64,000 bases of DNA from Acholeplasmataceae bacterium. GTDB lineage: Bacteria > Bacillota_I > Bacilli_A > Acholeplasmatales > Acholeplasmataceae. Below, piece by piece: positions 53,022-61,500 of the stretch. The stretch is from assembly GCA_963675245.1 (NCBI GenBank), contig OY775910.1, positions 992,001 to 1,056,000 of the forward strand, in the 5' to 3' direction. A model generated the notes under the pieces. That model was given only the letters and a program-made list of their open reading frames with translations, searched no databases and was not told where the DNA came from. The position numbers and the translations under genes are program-made. The number at the start of each line of letters is the position of its first letter. The first letter of the stretch is position 1.

Positions 53022-53873
53022 ATGGACGTATTATTGTTTAATCCATTATCAAGAAATGGTAAGGACCCAGAGTTTGTCAACAAGATAGCAAAGCATCTAG
53101 AACATGAAGGTAGATCTGTACGTGTAGAAGACATTTTACATGTGGGAAAGGTCAATGATTTTATTAAAAGTTTAAATCCTGAAGATCGTGTGATTTTAGT
53201 TGGTGGAGATGGGACGCTTAATCGTCTTGTTAATGTTATACACGGTATTCCATTTACACAAGATTTGGATATGTATCAAGCAGGTACAGGAAATGATTTT
53301 ATTAGAAGTTTAAATACATCTGACCGAATTGTCTCAATCAAACCCTATATTGAACGTGTACCAGAAATCACATTAAATGGCAAAAAAAGACTGTTCCTTA
53401 ATGGTGCAGGTATTGGCATGGATGGGTTTATCGCAAGACTCGTCAATAATGACAAAGGTAAAAAAAACAAATTCAATTATTTCAAGAATACGTTAAAGGG
53501 ATTTGTTTTATTTAAACCTATGAAGATTAAATTCAAAGTGGATGGTCAATCATACGAGGATGAAAAAGTTTGGCTTGCATCAGTGATGAATGCACCTTAT
53601 TTTGGTGGTGGAATGAAAATTGCACCAGATGCGAATAGGTCAGAAGATGAATTACAATTAGTACTCGTTAAAAAGATTCCCAAATTTATGTTATTTCTTA
53701 TTTTTCCAACGATTTATTCAGGGAAGCATGTTAAGTTTAAAAAATGGGTCAATATATATAAAGGAAAACATTTTGAATTAGAATTTGAAAAAGAAACATA
53801 TATGCAAGTAGATGGCGATGATGAATATCCAATCAAGAAGATTAACGTTGATGCATATGAAGACAAAAAATAA
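53022..53873 (+). CDS. Diacylglycerol/lipid kinase family protein
   Basis: NPLS, GGDGT, GTGNDF, QVDGD. Confidence 0.88.
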   Translation: MDVLLFNPLSRNGKDPEFVNKIAKHLEHEGRSVRVEDILHVGKVNDFIKSLNPEDRVILVGGDGTLNRLVNVIHGIPFTQDLDMYQAGTGNDFIRSLNTSDRIVSIKPYIERVPEITLNGKKRLFLNGAGIGMDGFIARLVNNDKGKKNKFNYFKNTLKGFVLFKPMKIKFKVDGQSYEDEKVWLASVMNAPYFGGGMKIAPDANRSEDELQLVLVKKIPKFMLFLIFPTIYSGKHVKFKKWVNIYKGKHFELEFEKETYMQVDGDDEYPIKKINVDAYEDKK

Positions 53874-53897
53874 ATGAGGCAAATTTTGCCTCATTTT
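53872..53897. terminator. Bidirectional terminator
   Basis: AAATGAGGCAA-ATT-TTGCCTCATTTT between convergent genes. Confidence 0.75.
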
Positions 53898-54895
53898 CAT
53901 TTAACTCTACCTAAACCGATTTTTTTATAGACTTTATACATTTTCTTGCGAGCGATTTGACTTGCTCTGTCTCTACCCTTATCTAAAATTTCATCAAGAA
54001 CAGGGTCTTTAATCAATGCGTTATAGCGATCTTGAATCGGTTTGATCGTATTGACAACAACTTCAGCGAGATCCGCTTTAAAATCCGCATAACTTTTATC
54101 TTCATACTGTTTTACGATATCTGTAATAGTTTGATTTGTCAAAGAAGCATAAATCGTAAGTAAATTAGAAATACCTGCTTTTTCTTTTAAATCATAACGA
54201 ATTGTGCGGTCAGAATCAGTGACAGCACTTTTAATTTTATTTCTAATCACATTTAAATCATCTAAAAGTAGAATGTAAGCTTTTTGATTATCATCTGATT
54301 TACTCATCTTTTTTGATGGGTCAACTAATGATTTAATACGAGCACCAGTCTTAGGGAAGAATCCATCAGGTACGACAAATGTTTGACCATATATGTTGTT
54401 AAAACGTTCTGCTAAATTTCTTGTTAATTCTAGATGTTGTTTCTGATCATCACCAATTGGCACAATATCCGCATCATATATCAAAATGTCTGCAGCCATC
54501 AGAGCGGGATACGTCAGGAGAGATGTACGTATCCCATCTGATTGTTTAAGCCGTTTGTCTTTGTATTGTGTCATGCGTTCCATTTCACCGACATATGCGG
54601 TCGATTCCATAATATATCCTAAGCTTGCGTGTTCGCTCACTTCTGATTGTACAAATAAATTCACTTTTTCTGGATCTAATCCGCAAGCCACATATAAAGC
54701 TGCCACACTTTTAATAGCGTTTCTTAAAGAAACCCTTTCCTGTGGGGTTGTGATGGCGTGAAGATCAGCGATAAAAATGAAGAATTCTGTGTCTTCTAAT
54801 TCATCTTGTAAGGCAACGAATTGTTTAATCGCACCAATGTAATTACCTAATGTTAATTGACCTGTAGGCTGAATGCCTGATACTAATCGTTTCAT
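53897..54895 (-). CDS. trpS: Tryptophan--tRNA ligase
   Basis: SGIQPTG, TLGN, GDDQKQH, KMSKS. Confidence 0.97.
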   Translation of the reverse strand: MKRLVSGIQPTGQLTLGNYIGAIKQFVALQDELEDTEFFIFIADLHAITTPQERVSLRNAIKSVAALYVACGLDPEKVNLFVQSEVSEHASLGYIMESTAYVGEMERMTQYKDKRLKQSDGIRTSLLTYPALMAADILIYDADIVPIGDDQKQHLELTRNLAERFNNIYGQTFVVPDGFFPKTGARIKSLVDPSKKMSKSDDNQKAYILLLDDLNVIRNKIKSAVTDSDRTIRYDLKEKAGISNLLTIYASLTNQTITDIVKQYEDKSYADFKADLAEVVVNTIKPIQDRYNALIKDPVLDEILDKGRDRASQIARKKMYKVYKKIGLGRVK

Positions 54896-54911
54896 GATTA
54901 ACTCCTTTATT

Positions 54912-55110
54912 AAAATAAAAACGTCCCTAGATAAAATATCTAAGGACGATTAATCGCGGTACCACCTTAGTTCCAGATATATCTCTGGCCCTCAAACCGT
55001 TATAGCCGGTATACTGTTAGCTCCAAGGGTCCATTCATTAACAATAACATCGTTGGCTTACACTATCCCAACTCGCTTAACATGCTAGTTATTAATTACT
55101 TATTCCTTTT
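54912..55110 (-). promoter_or_regulatory. T-box riboswitch (Trp)
   Basis: Minus strand AAGGTGGTACCGCG (54968-54955), specifier TGG (55033-55031), CGTCC...GGACG-TTTTT terminator. Confidence 0.9.
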
Positions 55111-55136
55111 CTTTGCTTATATTCATTATAGTTTAA

Positions 55137-56906
55137 TTAGTTAAGTTCGTCAAGCGCTTTTTCAAGTTCATCGAGTAAAACATTGTAACGTTTTGTGACT
55201 GCGTTAAACGTTTCTTTATCTGTTAAATCAGCACCTGCTTTAGCTAGTAAGTTCACTGGGTAATCTGAACCACCTGACTTAAGAAGCTCTTTATAACGTG
55301 CCATTGCACCTGGTTTATTAGATTTTACATCATCATAAAGTTTAAGTGATGCTGAGAAAGATGTCGCGTATTGATAGACATAAAATGGGGTTCTAAATAG
55401 GTGAGGGATATATGCCCAAACATATGCTTTACCATCCTCTTTTGTGATGTCTAAGTCATAATAATGTTTGTATAAATCAATCATAATCTTTGATAATTGT
55501 TGATCATTAATAGGTACACCTTTTTCGACAAGTTCGTTTGCTTTATATTCATAAGTCGCGAATAATGTTTGGCGGATAAAGGTTGCCATAAAGCCATCAA
55601 GTGCCTTTTCTAATAAGGCAATTTTTTGTTTTGGAGAAGTCGCATTTTTGACAAGGTAATCAAGTAAGATGTGTTCATTAAATGTAGATGCGACTTCAGC
55701 TACGAAGATGACGTAATCAGCTGTAGCCATAGGTTGTGCTTTGTTAGAAAAAATCGTGTGTGCACTGTGTCCTGCTTCATGTGCTAATGTGAAGACTGAA
55801 TCTAGTGTATCATCATGATTTAATAAGATATGAGGATGAAAACCATAGAATCCTGAAGAGTAAGCACCATTGCGTTTACCATCTGCTTGAAAGACATCAA
55901 CGAAACCATCAGCGATTGCTTCATGTTGATTAGCTACGTATTCTTCGTCCATACCATCTAGAGCAGAGAAGAATAGGTTTCTTGCAGTATCATAATCATA
56001 TTTAGTGTCGTCTTTCACGATTGTCATAAAACGATCATATGTATGATATTCATCAAGTTTTAAAGCTTTCTTTCTAAGTTTTATATAACGTCTTACTGTT
56101 TCATTTGACTCATAAGCAGCGTCCATTAAATTCTTATAAACATCTAAAGGAATGTTATTGCCGAATAAAGCTGCTTCAAGTGCTGAACTATATTCACGTG
56201 ACGTATAGTTTGCTTTTGCTTGTTGTAAGACTAAATTATAAATATTAGCAAATGTAGTTTTATTATCTTTAAAACGTTTGAAAGCAGCTTCAAAGATAGT
56301 TTTACGATCTTCAGCATTTTCCGCATTCGTAATTAAAGAACGGAAGTTTGTTAATGTAACAACCTGTTTTTTACCATTTGATAAAATGACTTCTTCGTCT
56401 TTAGCATCAACAATGGATAATGCTTGATAAAGTTGTGCTGGTACAGAACGAAGCGTACCGAAGTTTGCAAGTAAACTTTCTTTGTCATCGCTTAGCACAT
56501 GCGCTTGTTGTGCAAATAATCTTTGAAGAGGGAAGCGATAGGTTTTAAGTAAATCATCTTTTTCAACAAATGACATGACTTTTTCTTCACCTAATGCGAT
56601 AAGCTCTGGATTGACATAACTAACTTTCTGATTAAGCTCTGAGAACTGCAACATAATTTGTTGGTTCTTTGCCATCTTATCTTGATCTTTTAGGTTTAAG
56701 TCACTTGCTAAATGAATATAAGCGAATAAGCGATAAAAGAAATGTGATGCTTCTTCATCTGCTTCATAAAAAGCTTTAAAGGAATCAAAATCTCCTAATT
56801 TACCTTTGAATGATGCTAGTTTTTCAATATAGCTTGGTAATTTTTCTAAATCTTTTTCCCAAGCTTCAATATTTGGATAAAATTGTGATAAATCCCAGTG
56901 TGACAT
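55137..56906 (-). CDS. pepF: Oligoendopeptidase F
   Basis: WDLS, GKRNGAYS, TLAHEAGHSAH, AEVAS, FYVYQYA; start MSHW at 56906. Confidence 0.93.
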   Translation of the reverse strand: MSHWDLSQFYPNIEAWEKDLEKLPSYIEKLASFKGKLGDFDSFKAFYEADEEASHFFYRLFAYIHLASDLNLKDQDKMAKNQQIMLQFSELNQKVSYVNPELIALGEEKVMSFVEKDDLLKTYRFPLQRLFAQQAHVLSDDKESLLANFGTLRSVPAQLYQALSIVDAKDEEVILSNGKKQVVTLTNFRSLITNAENAEDRKTIFEAAFKRFKDNKTTFANIYNLVLQQAKANYTSREYSSALEAALFGNNIPLDVYKNLMDAAYESNETVRRYIKLRKKALKLDEYHTYDRFMTIVKDDTKYDYDTARNLFFSALDGMDEEYVANQHEAIADGFVDVFQADGKRNGAYSSGFYGFHPHILLNHDDTLDSVFTLAHEAGHSAHTIFSNKAQPMATADYVIFVAEVASTFNEHILLDYLVKNATSPKQKIALLEKALDGFMATFIRQTLFATYEYKANELVEKGVPINDQQLSKIMIDLYKHYYDLDITKEDGKAYVWAYIPHLFRTPFYVYQYATSFSASLKLYDDVKSNKPGAMARYKELLKSGGSDYPVNLLAKAGADLTDKETFNAVTKRYNVLLDELEKALDELN

Positions 56907-57114
56907 AATTAATACCTCTTTCGTTATTGATATGGTTCCATTATACATGAAATAGGGTTCAAACATGAACTTTGATAGATGCTAAATTATGAAAAATAAA
57001 TGGAAAAACGCTTCCACAGGTTGCAATATAAGGCCATCCATAATATAATGAAACTTGCAGGTGGAGACCATAAGTGCTATAGGCTAATACCTATGCTCCA
57101 AGAGGAGGAAGACA

Positions 57115-57576
57115 ATGATTACGATTTATACAACACCTAGTTGTTCATCTTGTCGGAAAGCGAAAAAGTGGCTCGATGATCATAAGATCAACTATGAGGA
57201 AAAGAACCTTTTCAATTCTCAAATCACTGAAGAGGATATTGACCGCATGCTCGAGCATTCGGAAAATGGATTTGAAGACATTATCTCAACGCGTTCAAAA
57301 GTATTTAAAGAAAATGATTTAGATATTGATGATATGCGTATTAGTGAATTAAAATCCTTTATCTTAGATAATCCAAGTGTTTTAAAGAGACCAATCATGA
57401 TTGATGGTGGCAAACTTCAAGTTGGTTACAATGATGAAGAAATACGCGTATTCATTCCAAAACGCCTGCGGGAAATGATTATGTGTGTTGATTGTCCTAA
57501 TGGTGATAATTGTGATTACCAATCTATTTTGAAACAATATTTCGCAGAAATTAAAGAGAAGCAACAGTCAAATTAA
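57115..57576 (+). CDS. spx: Spx-family transcriptional regulator with Cys-rich C-terminal extension
   Basis: IYTTPSCSSCRKAKKWL, LKRPI, VGYNDEEIR. Confidence 0.9.
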   Translation: MITIYTTPSCSSCRKAKKWLDDHKINYEEKNLFNSQITEEDIDRMLEHSENGFEDIISTRSKVFKENDLDIDDMRISELKSFILDNPSVLKRPIMIDGGKLQVGYNDEEIRVFIPKRLREMIMCVDCPNGDNCDYQSILKQYFAEIKEKQQSN

Positions 57577-57650
57577 GACGGAAGAGAACTTCCGTTTTTT
57601 TGTAGATGATTTGTCAATTATCGTTCAAAAAAAAGAACCATTAAAGGTTC

Positions 57651-58046
57651 TTATTTATTAGTGAATCTTTTCTTAATTGGTCCAAAGAATCCAGCCACTG
57701 ACGTAGCGACCATAAGGACAAGACCTAAAAGATATATCGTTTTAACAGTTGGTGCAAAATTTGAAGTCACATAAGGTGAATTAACCAATACACCAATATG
57801 TTCAATGTGTAATGCAGCGAATACCGCAAACAAAGAAGCACTAATTAAAACCATAGTTTCATCTTCAAAATACCAACCAAACCATAAAATGGCAACTGGA
57901 ATAATATAATAATAATAGTCGAGAAGGACAATGTCTGCATAGTCAGGTTCTTGGAAAAACTTAAAAAAACGAATGACGATTGACATGACGAGTAATATAC
58001 TCGCTATTATAGCGGTGATGAAATACAGTATGTTGCGATCTTTCAT
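57651..58046 (-). CDS. Hypothetical 4-TM membrane protein
   Basis: GGAGG before MKDRN at 58046; hydrophobic. Confidence 0.7.
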   Translation of the reverse strand: MKDRNILYFITAIIASILLVMSIVIRFFKFFQEPDYADIVLLDYYYYIIPVAILWFGWYFEDETMVLISASLFAVFAALHIEHIGVLVNSPYVTSNFAPTVKTIYLLGLVLMVATSVAGFFGPIKKRFTNK

Positions 58047-58136
58047 GATAACCTCCAGGACATAATACCTTATTCTAATTATATGTTTAAAGCCAATAAA
58101 TGTCAATTTTTTATCAGAAAAAATAGCCCTTTTAGG

Positions 58137-58685
58137 CTATCTTCTGCATGTAAAGGCTCTTTCGCTCTTTCTTTTTATAGGAATTGGTGTAATATTGCAA
58201 TTTGAAAGCAATTTTTCAAAAACGATTTTACCATCTTCATAATTGTTAGCTTCATACTCTAATTCATAATCTGTCACGTTGCAATAATCACAACGATCAA
58301 GGAATAATGTGCCACCTTCGTAAGGTGTGCTTACACGGTAATTATCCAAACTGACTTGGAAAGTGACAAATTCATCTATATCATCAAAAAACTCTTTTGT
58401 ATAAAAGCCATTTTCAATCATATCCATCGCTTTTTCTTTTTTTAAGACAAAATGTTTCTCATAAGCTTCTTTATCACTTTGACATTTTAAAGTAACCTTA
58501 AAAAGTTCACCTTTTTGTCTAATGCGAAGAACAATTTGTTTTTGACTCAAAATATATTCATTTGTGTCAAAATAATGATTTATTTGTTTGAAAACATTAT
58601 TTTCAAGATCAAATTTTTTAAGTAGATACTGGTATGTTTCCAGCGGTATAATCGTTTTAAATTCGATTTCAACGTTTTGTGTCAT
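58137..58685 (-). CDS. CYTH-domain protein (YjbK-like)
   Basis: EIEFK, QINHYFDT, LRIR, DYELEYE. Confidence 0.88.
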   Translation of the reverse strand: MTQNVEIEFKTIIPLETYQYLLKKFDLENNVFKQINHYFDTNEYILSQKQIVLRIRQKGELFKVTLKCQSDKEAYEKHFVLKKEKAMDMIENGFYTKEFFDDIDEFVTFQVSLDNYRVSTPYEGGTLFLDRCDYCNVTDYELEYEANNYEDGKIVFEKLLSNCNITPIPIKRKSERAFTCRR

Positions 58686-58856
58686 CTTTTACTCCGATCA
58701 TGTACAATTTGCCCCTATACATTATACCAAAATTACCCATATTTTTAAAGAAAAAACGTTTACATTTAAATCAAATATTCTAATTATTTGTTTTTAGTTA
58801 TAGTAATGGTAAAATAGTGATGAAGAAATAATCCACTCAAGGAGGAAATTATAATA

Positions 58857-59867
58857 ATGGCTATTAAAGTAGCAATTAATGGGTTCGGCCGTATAGGTCG
58901 TCTCGCTTATCGTTTGATCTCAGATGATCCAACGTTTGATGTCGTTGCAGTAAACGACTTAACTGATGCAGAAACACTTGCATATTTATTGAAGTATGAT
59001 ACAGCACAAAGACCTTTCAGCAAAGAAGTAACTTTTGAAGGTAACGATTTAGTGGTTGCTGGTGACCGTTTAACGGTTTTATCAGAAAGAGATCCTAAAT
59101 TATTACCATGGAAAGAACTTGAAGTCGATGTTGTATTAGAATGTACTGGATTCTTTGCAAGTAAAGAAAAAGCGTCATGGCATTTAGAAGCAGGTGCTAA
59201 AAAAGTTGTTATTTCTGCACCAGCTGGTAGTGACGTTAAGACAGTCGTGTATAACGTTAATGATGATGTATTAAGTGCAGATGATGATATCGTAAGTGGT
59301 GCTTCATGTACAACAAACTGCCTTGCTCCATTATTGAAAGTATTAGATGATAACTTTGGTGTTAAAGGTGGATTCATGACAACTGTTCATGCTTACACTG
59401 CTGACCAATCACTTCAAGATCAACCACACAAAAAAGGCATTCTTTCTAGACGTGGTCGTGCAGCTGCTGAAAGTATTATTCCATCTTCAACTGGTGCTGC
59501 AAAAGCGATTGGCCTTGTATTACCTAACTTAAAAGGTAAATTAGATGGTACTGCTTTACGTGTACCAACAGTCACTGGTTCTATCGTTGACTTAACAGTA
59601 GAAGTTAAAAATCATACAGATTTAGAAGCGGTTGATAAAGCATTCAAAGCAGCAGCAAACGAAACATTAGCTTATGTCTTTGATCCAATCGTATCAAGTG
59701 ATGTTATCGGCACAAGATTTGGTTCATTATATGATGCACACACAACTCAAGTTGTTAACTATGATGATAGACAATTAGTTAAAGTTATGGGTTGGTATGA
59801 CAATGAAATGAGTTATACATCACAATTAATTCGCACAGTTCAAAAATTAGCAAGTTTGATTAAATAA
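58857..59867 (+). CDS. gap: Glyceraldehyde-3-phosphate dehydrogenase
   Basis: INGFGRIGR, ASCTTNCL, WYDNE. Confidence 0.97.
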   Translation: MAIKVAINGFGRIGRLAYRLISDDPTFDVVAVNDLTDAETLAYLLKYDTAQRPFSKEVTFEGNDLVVAGDRLTVLSERDPKLLPWKELEVDVVLECTGFFASKEKASWHLEAGAKKVVISAPAGSDVKTVVYNVNDDVLSADDDIVSGASCTTNCLAPLLKVLDDNFGVKGGFMTTVHAYTADQSLQDQPHKKGILSRRGRAAAESIIPSSTGAAKAIGLVLPNLKGKLDGTALRVPTVTGSIVDLTVEVKNHTDLEAVDKAFKAAANETLAYVFDPIVSSDVIGTRFGSLYDAHTTQVVNYDDRQLVKVMGWYDNEMSYTSQLIRTVQKLASLIK

Positions 59868-59919
59868 TGTAAAGAATTGGTAATTAAAATCCCCAAAAAC
59901 GGGATTTTTTACTTTTTCC

Positions 59920-59948
59920 TTGACATTGTAAGTTAAATCTACTAAAAT
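59920..59948 (+). promoter_or_regulatory. sigma-A promoter of riboswitch operon
   Basis: TTGACA-N17-TAAAAT. Confidence 0.75.
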
Positions 59949-59983
59949 AAATTGGATAATATAGAGTATTATCGAAACTAGAC

Positions 59984-60059
59984 AGATGTAAAGAGCAAAA
60001 CTAGAGGGATCTAGTGACGCAAAGCTATAGGGCCTAGACAAGGTAGCCAGTTGCCATTT
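59984..60059 (+). ncRNA. GEMM-I cyclic-dinucleotide riboswitch, A20 variant
   Basis: GCAAA-ACTAGA-GGGA-TCTAGT-GACGCAAAGCTATAGGGCCT...TAGCCAGTTGCC; P1 AGATG/CATTT. Confidence 0.9.
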
Positions 60060-60109
60060 AGAATTTTAAAAATGGTAATTTGACTCGGCTCTGATTAATC
60101 TCATTAAGC

Positions 60110-60144
60110 AAAGGTCAACATTACCAAGTTGACCTTTTTATTTT
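60110..60144 (+). terminator. Riboswitch-controlled terminator
   Basis: AAAGGTCAAC-ATTACCAA-GTTGACCTTTTTATTTT. Confidence 0.85.
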
Positions 60145-60171
60145 CAAATATTTTAGTAAGGGAGGCATGCC

Positions 60172-60759
60172 ATGAAATCACGTCGGAGTATACAGTACAT
60201 GGTTATTGTACTACTCGTGGCCGCATTAGGGTTTACATCATCAGCAGCAGTAGCATATTGGAATGATGTAAGAAATGTATCTAATGTTGTTATTAATTTC
60301 TCTGACGAAGAAGCAGAACTACTAATTGAACAGACAAGTGAAGACTTCACCGGAACATTAGTGCCTCATTATTATGATTTCTTTGAGGGGCAAACAGATG
60401 AAGCAATATTCACTTATACGGTTGCAGTAGATAAAACGCTTGTCAAAGAAGTTAAATTGATTGTAGAAGCAATCAACATTCAAATTGGGGGATCTGATCA
60501 GTATACTAACCTTGTACATATCAAGATCAACGAGAATGACATGTATCATGTGAATAATTTATTCAATTCAGAGGTGACGATCACGGTAGTTGTAACACTA
60601 GATGAACCGATTGATCAGCAAGAAGCTCTCGATAGAGGGTTAGATGAGAGTTTCGTTAATGTCACGGATTCAGTGGCTGCGTACGAGACCATAAAAGGTG
60701 AGGTTATAAGTTTCACACTCAGCTTTTTAGTAGAGCCAAAAGAAACTTCAGAAACATAA
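60172..60759 (+). CDS. Secreted protein with SipW-type signal peptide (TasA/CalY/TapA-like)
   Basis: ...SSAAVA/YWND...SNVVINF; beta-rich and acidic; GGGAGG RBS. Confidence 0.65.
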   Translation: MKSRRSIQYMVIVLLVAALGFTSSAAVAYWNDVRNVSNVVINFSDEEAELLIEQTSEDFTGTLVPHYYDFFEGQTDEAIFTYTVAVDKTLVKEVKLIVEAINIQIGGSDQYTNLVHIKINENDMYHVNNLFNSEVTITVVVTLDEPIDQQEALDRGLDESFVNVTDSVAAYETIKGEVISFTLSFLVEPKETSET

Positions 60760-60762
60760 ACT

Positions 60763-60847
60763 CAAAAAATCCAATGTAAAAAAACAATGTAAAAAACAAA
60801 AATCCAATGTAAAAAAAAACAATGTAAAAACAAAAATTCAATGTAAA
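60763..60847 (+). repeat. A-rich tandem repeat with 5x CAATGTAAA
   Basis: Copies at 60772, 60785, 60805, 60820, 60839, separated by A-tracts. Confidence 0.9.
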
Positions 60848-60867
60848 TAAGGAAAGGGAATTTAAAA

Positions 60868-61431
60868 ATGAAAAAAAGAAATTTAGTTATTGGTTTATTA
60901 GTTACTTTAGCGGTTGCATTAACAGGAGCAACATTTGCGTTTTGGGCAGGCGGCATTAGCAATGCAGATATAACAAATACAGGTACAATCACAATTGGGG
61001 ATGCTGATGCAGTAACTACTGCTGTGAGTACAAGTGACTATGTAGTTGCGGGTAGTTCATTAGTTCCAGTAGGTTATGAGGATGCTGGTGATAGTGAAGT
61101 TAGCAGTGTAGATTTAGAATTCGTCGTTATGTGGAATGGTACAGGTGCTGAAGGTGCGCTTGGTACACTTAACGTTACAGTAGATTCTGTTGTTATTAGT
61201 GGTGGTGCTTCAGATGGTCAAGAAGTTGAAGTTGGCGCAGCTAGTAGTTGGGATCTATTCACAGTTGATTTAAGTAATGTAACTGGTGTTGCAGTTGTTA
61301 ATGGTACTGCTACAGGCACACTTTTAATCACTGTTACATTTACAAATGAACCTGCTGATGCAGCTCAATATGCAGCAATTGCAACTAATAGTATTATCGT
61401 TACTTTAAGCTTTGACGTTACAGCTGCTTAA
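60868..61431 (+). CDS. Secreted TasA/CalY-like fibre subunit with SipW-type signal peptide
   Basis: MKKRNL...TGATFA/FWAG...NTGTITIG; ends IIVTLSFDVTAA. Confidence 0.7.
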   Translation: MKKRNLVIGLLVTLAVALTGATFAFWAGGISNADITNTGTITIGDADAVTTAVSTSDYVVAGSSLVPVGYEDAGDSEVSSVDLEFVVMWNGTGAEGALGTLNVTVDSVVISGGASDGQEVEVGAASSWDLFTVDLSNVTGVAVVNGTATGTLLITVTFTNEPADAAQYAAIATNSIIVTLSFDVTAA

Positions 61432-61500
61432 TATAGTTAACAATATCATCTAACGAATCATGGTCGAAAGACCATTTTCGTGCGTAAGGAGGTCTCATAG

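Noticed and set aside
57053..57110. Known riboswitch class upstream of spx
   Set aside because: No recognisable aptamer consensus; only small hairpins.
58907..59377. Antisense and alternate-frame ORFs inside housekeeping genes (also 3500-3988, 35894-36190, 37431-37919 and others)
   Set aside because: Shadow ORFs of well-supported genes with no RBS or recognisable motifs.
60762..60992. 76-aa minus ORF with repeated LHWIF
   Set aside because: Translation of the intergenic CAATGTAAA repeat and antisense to 60868.
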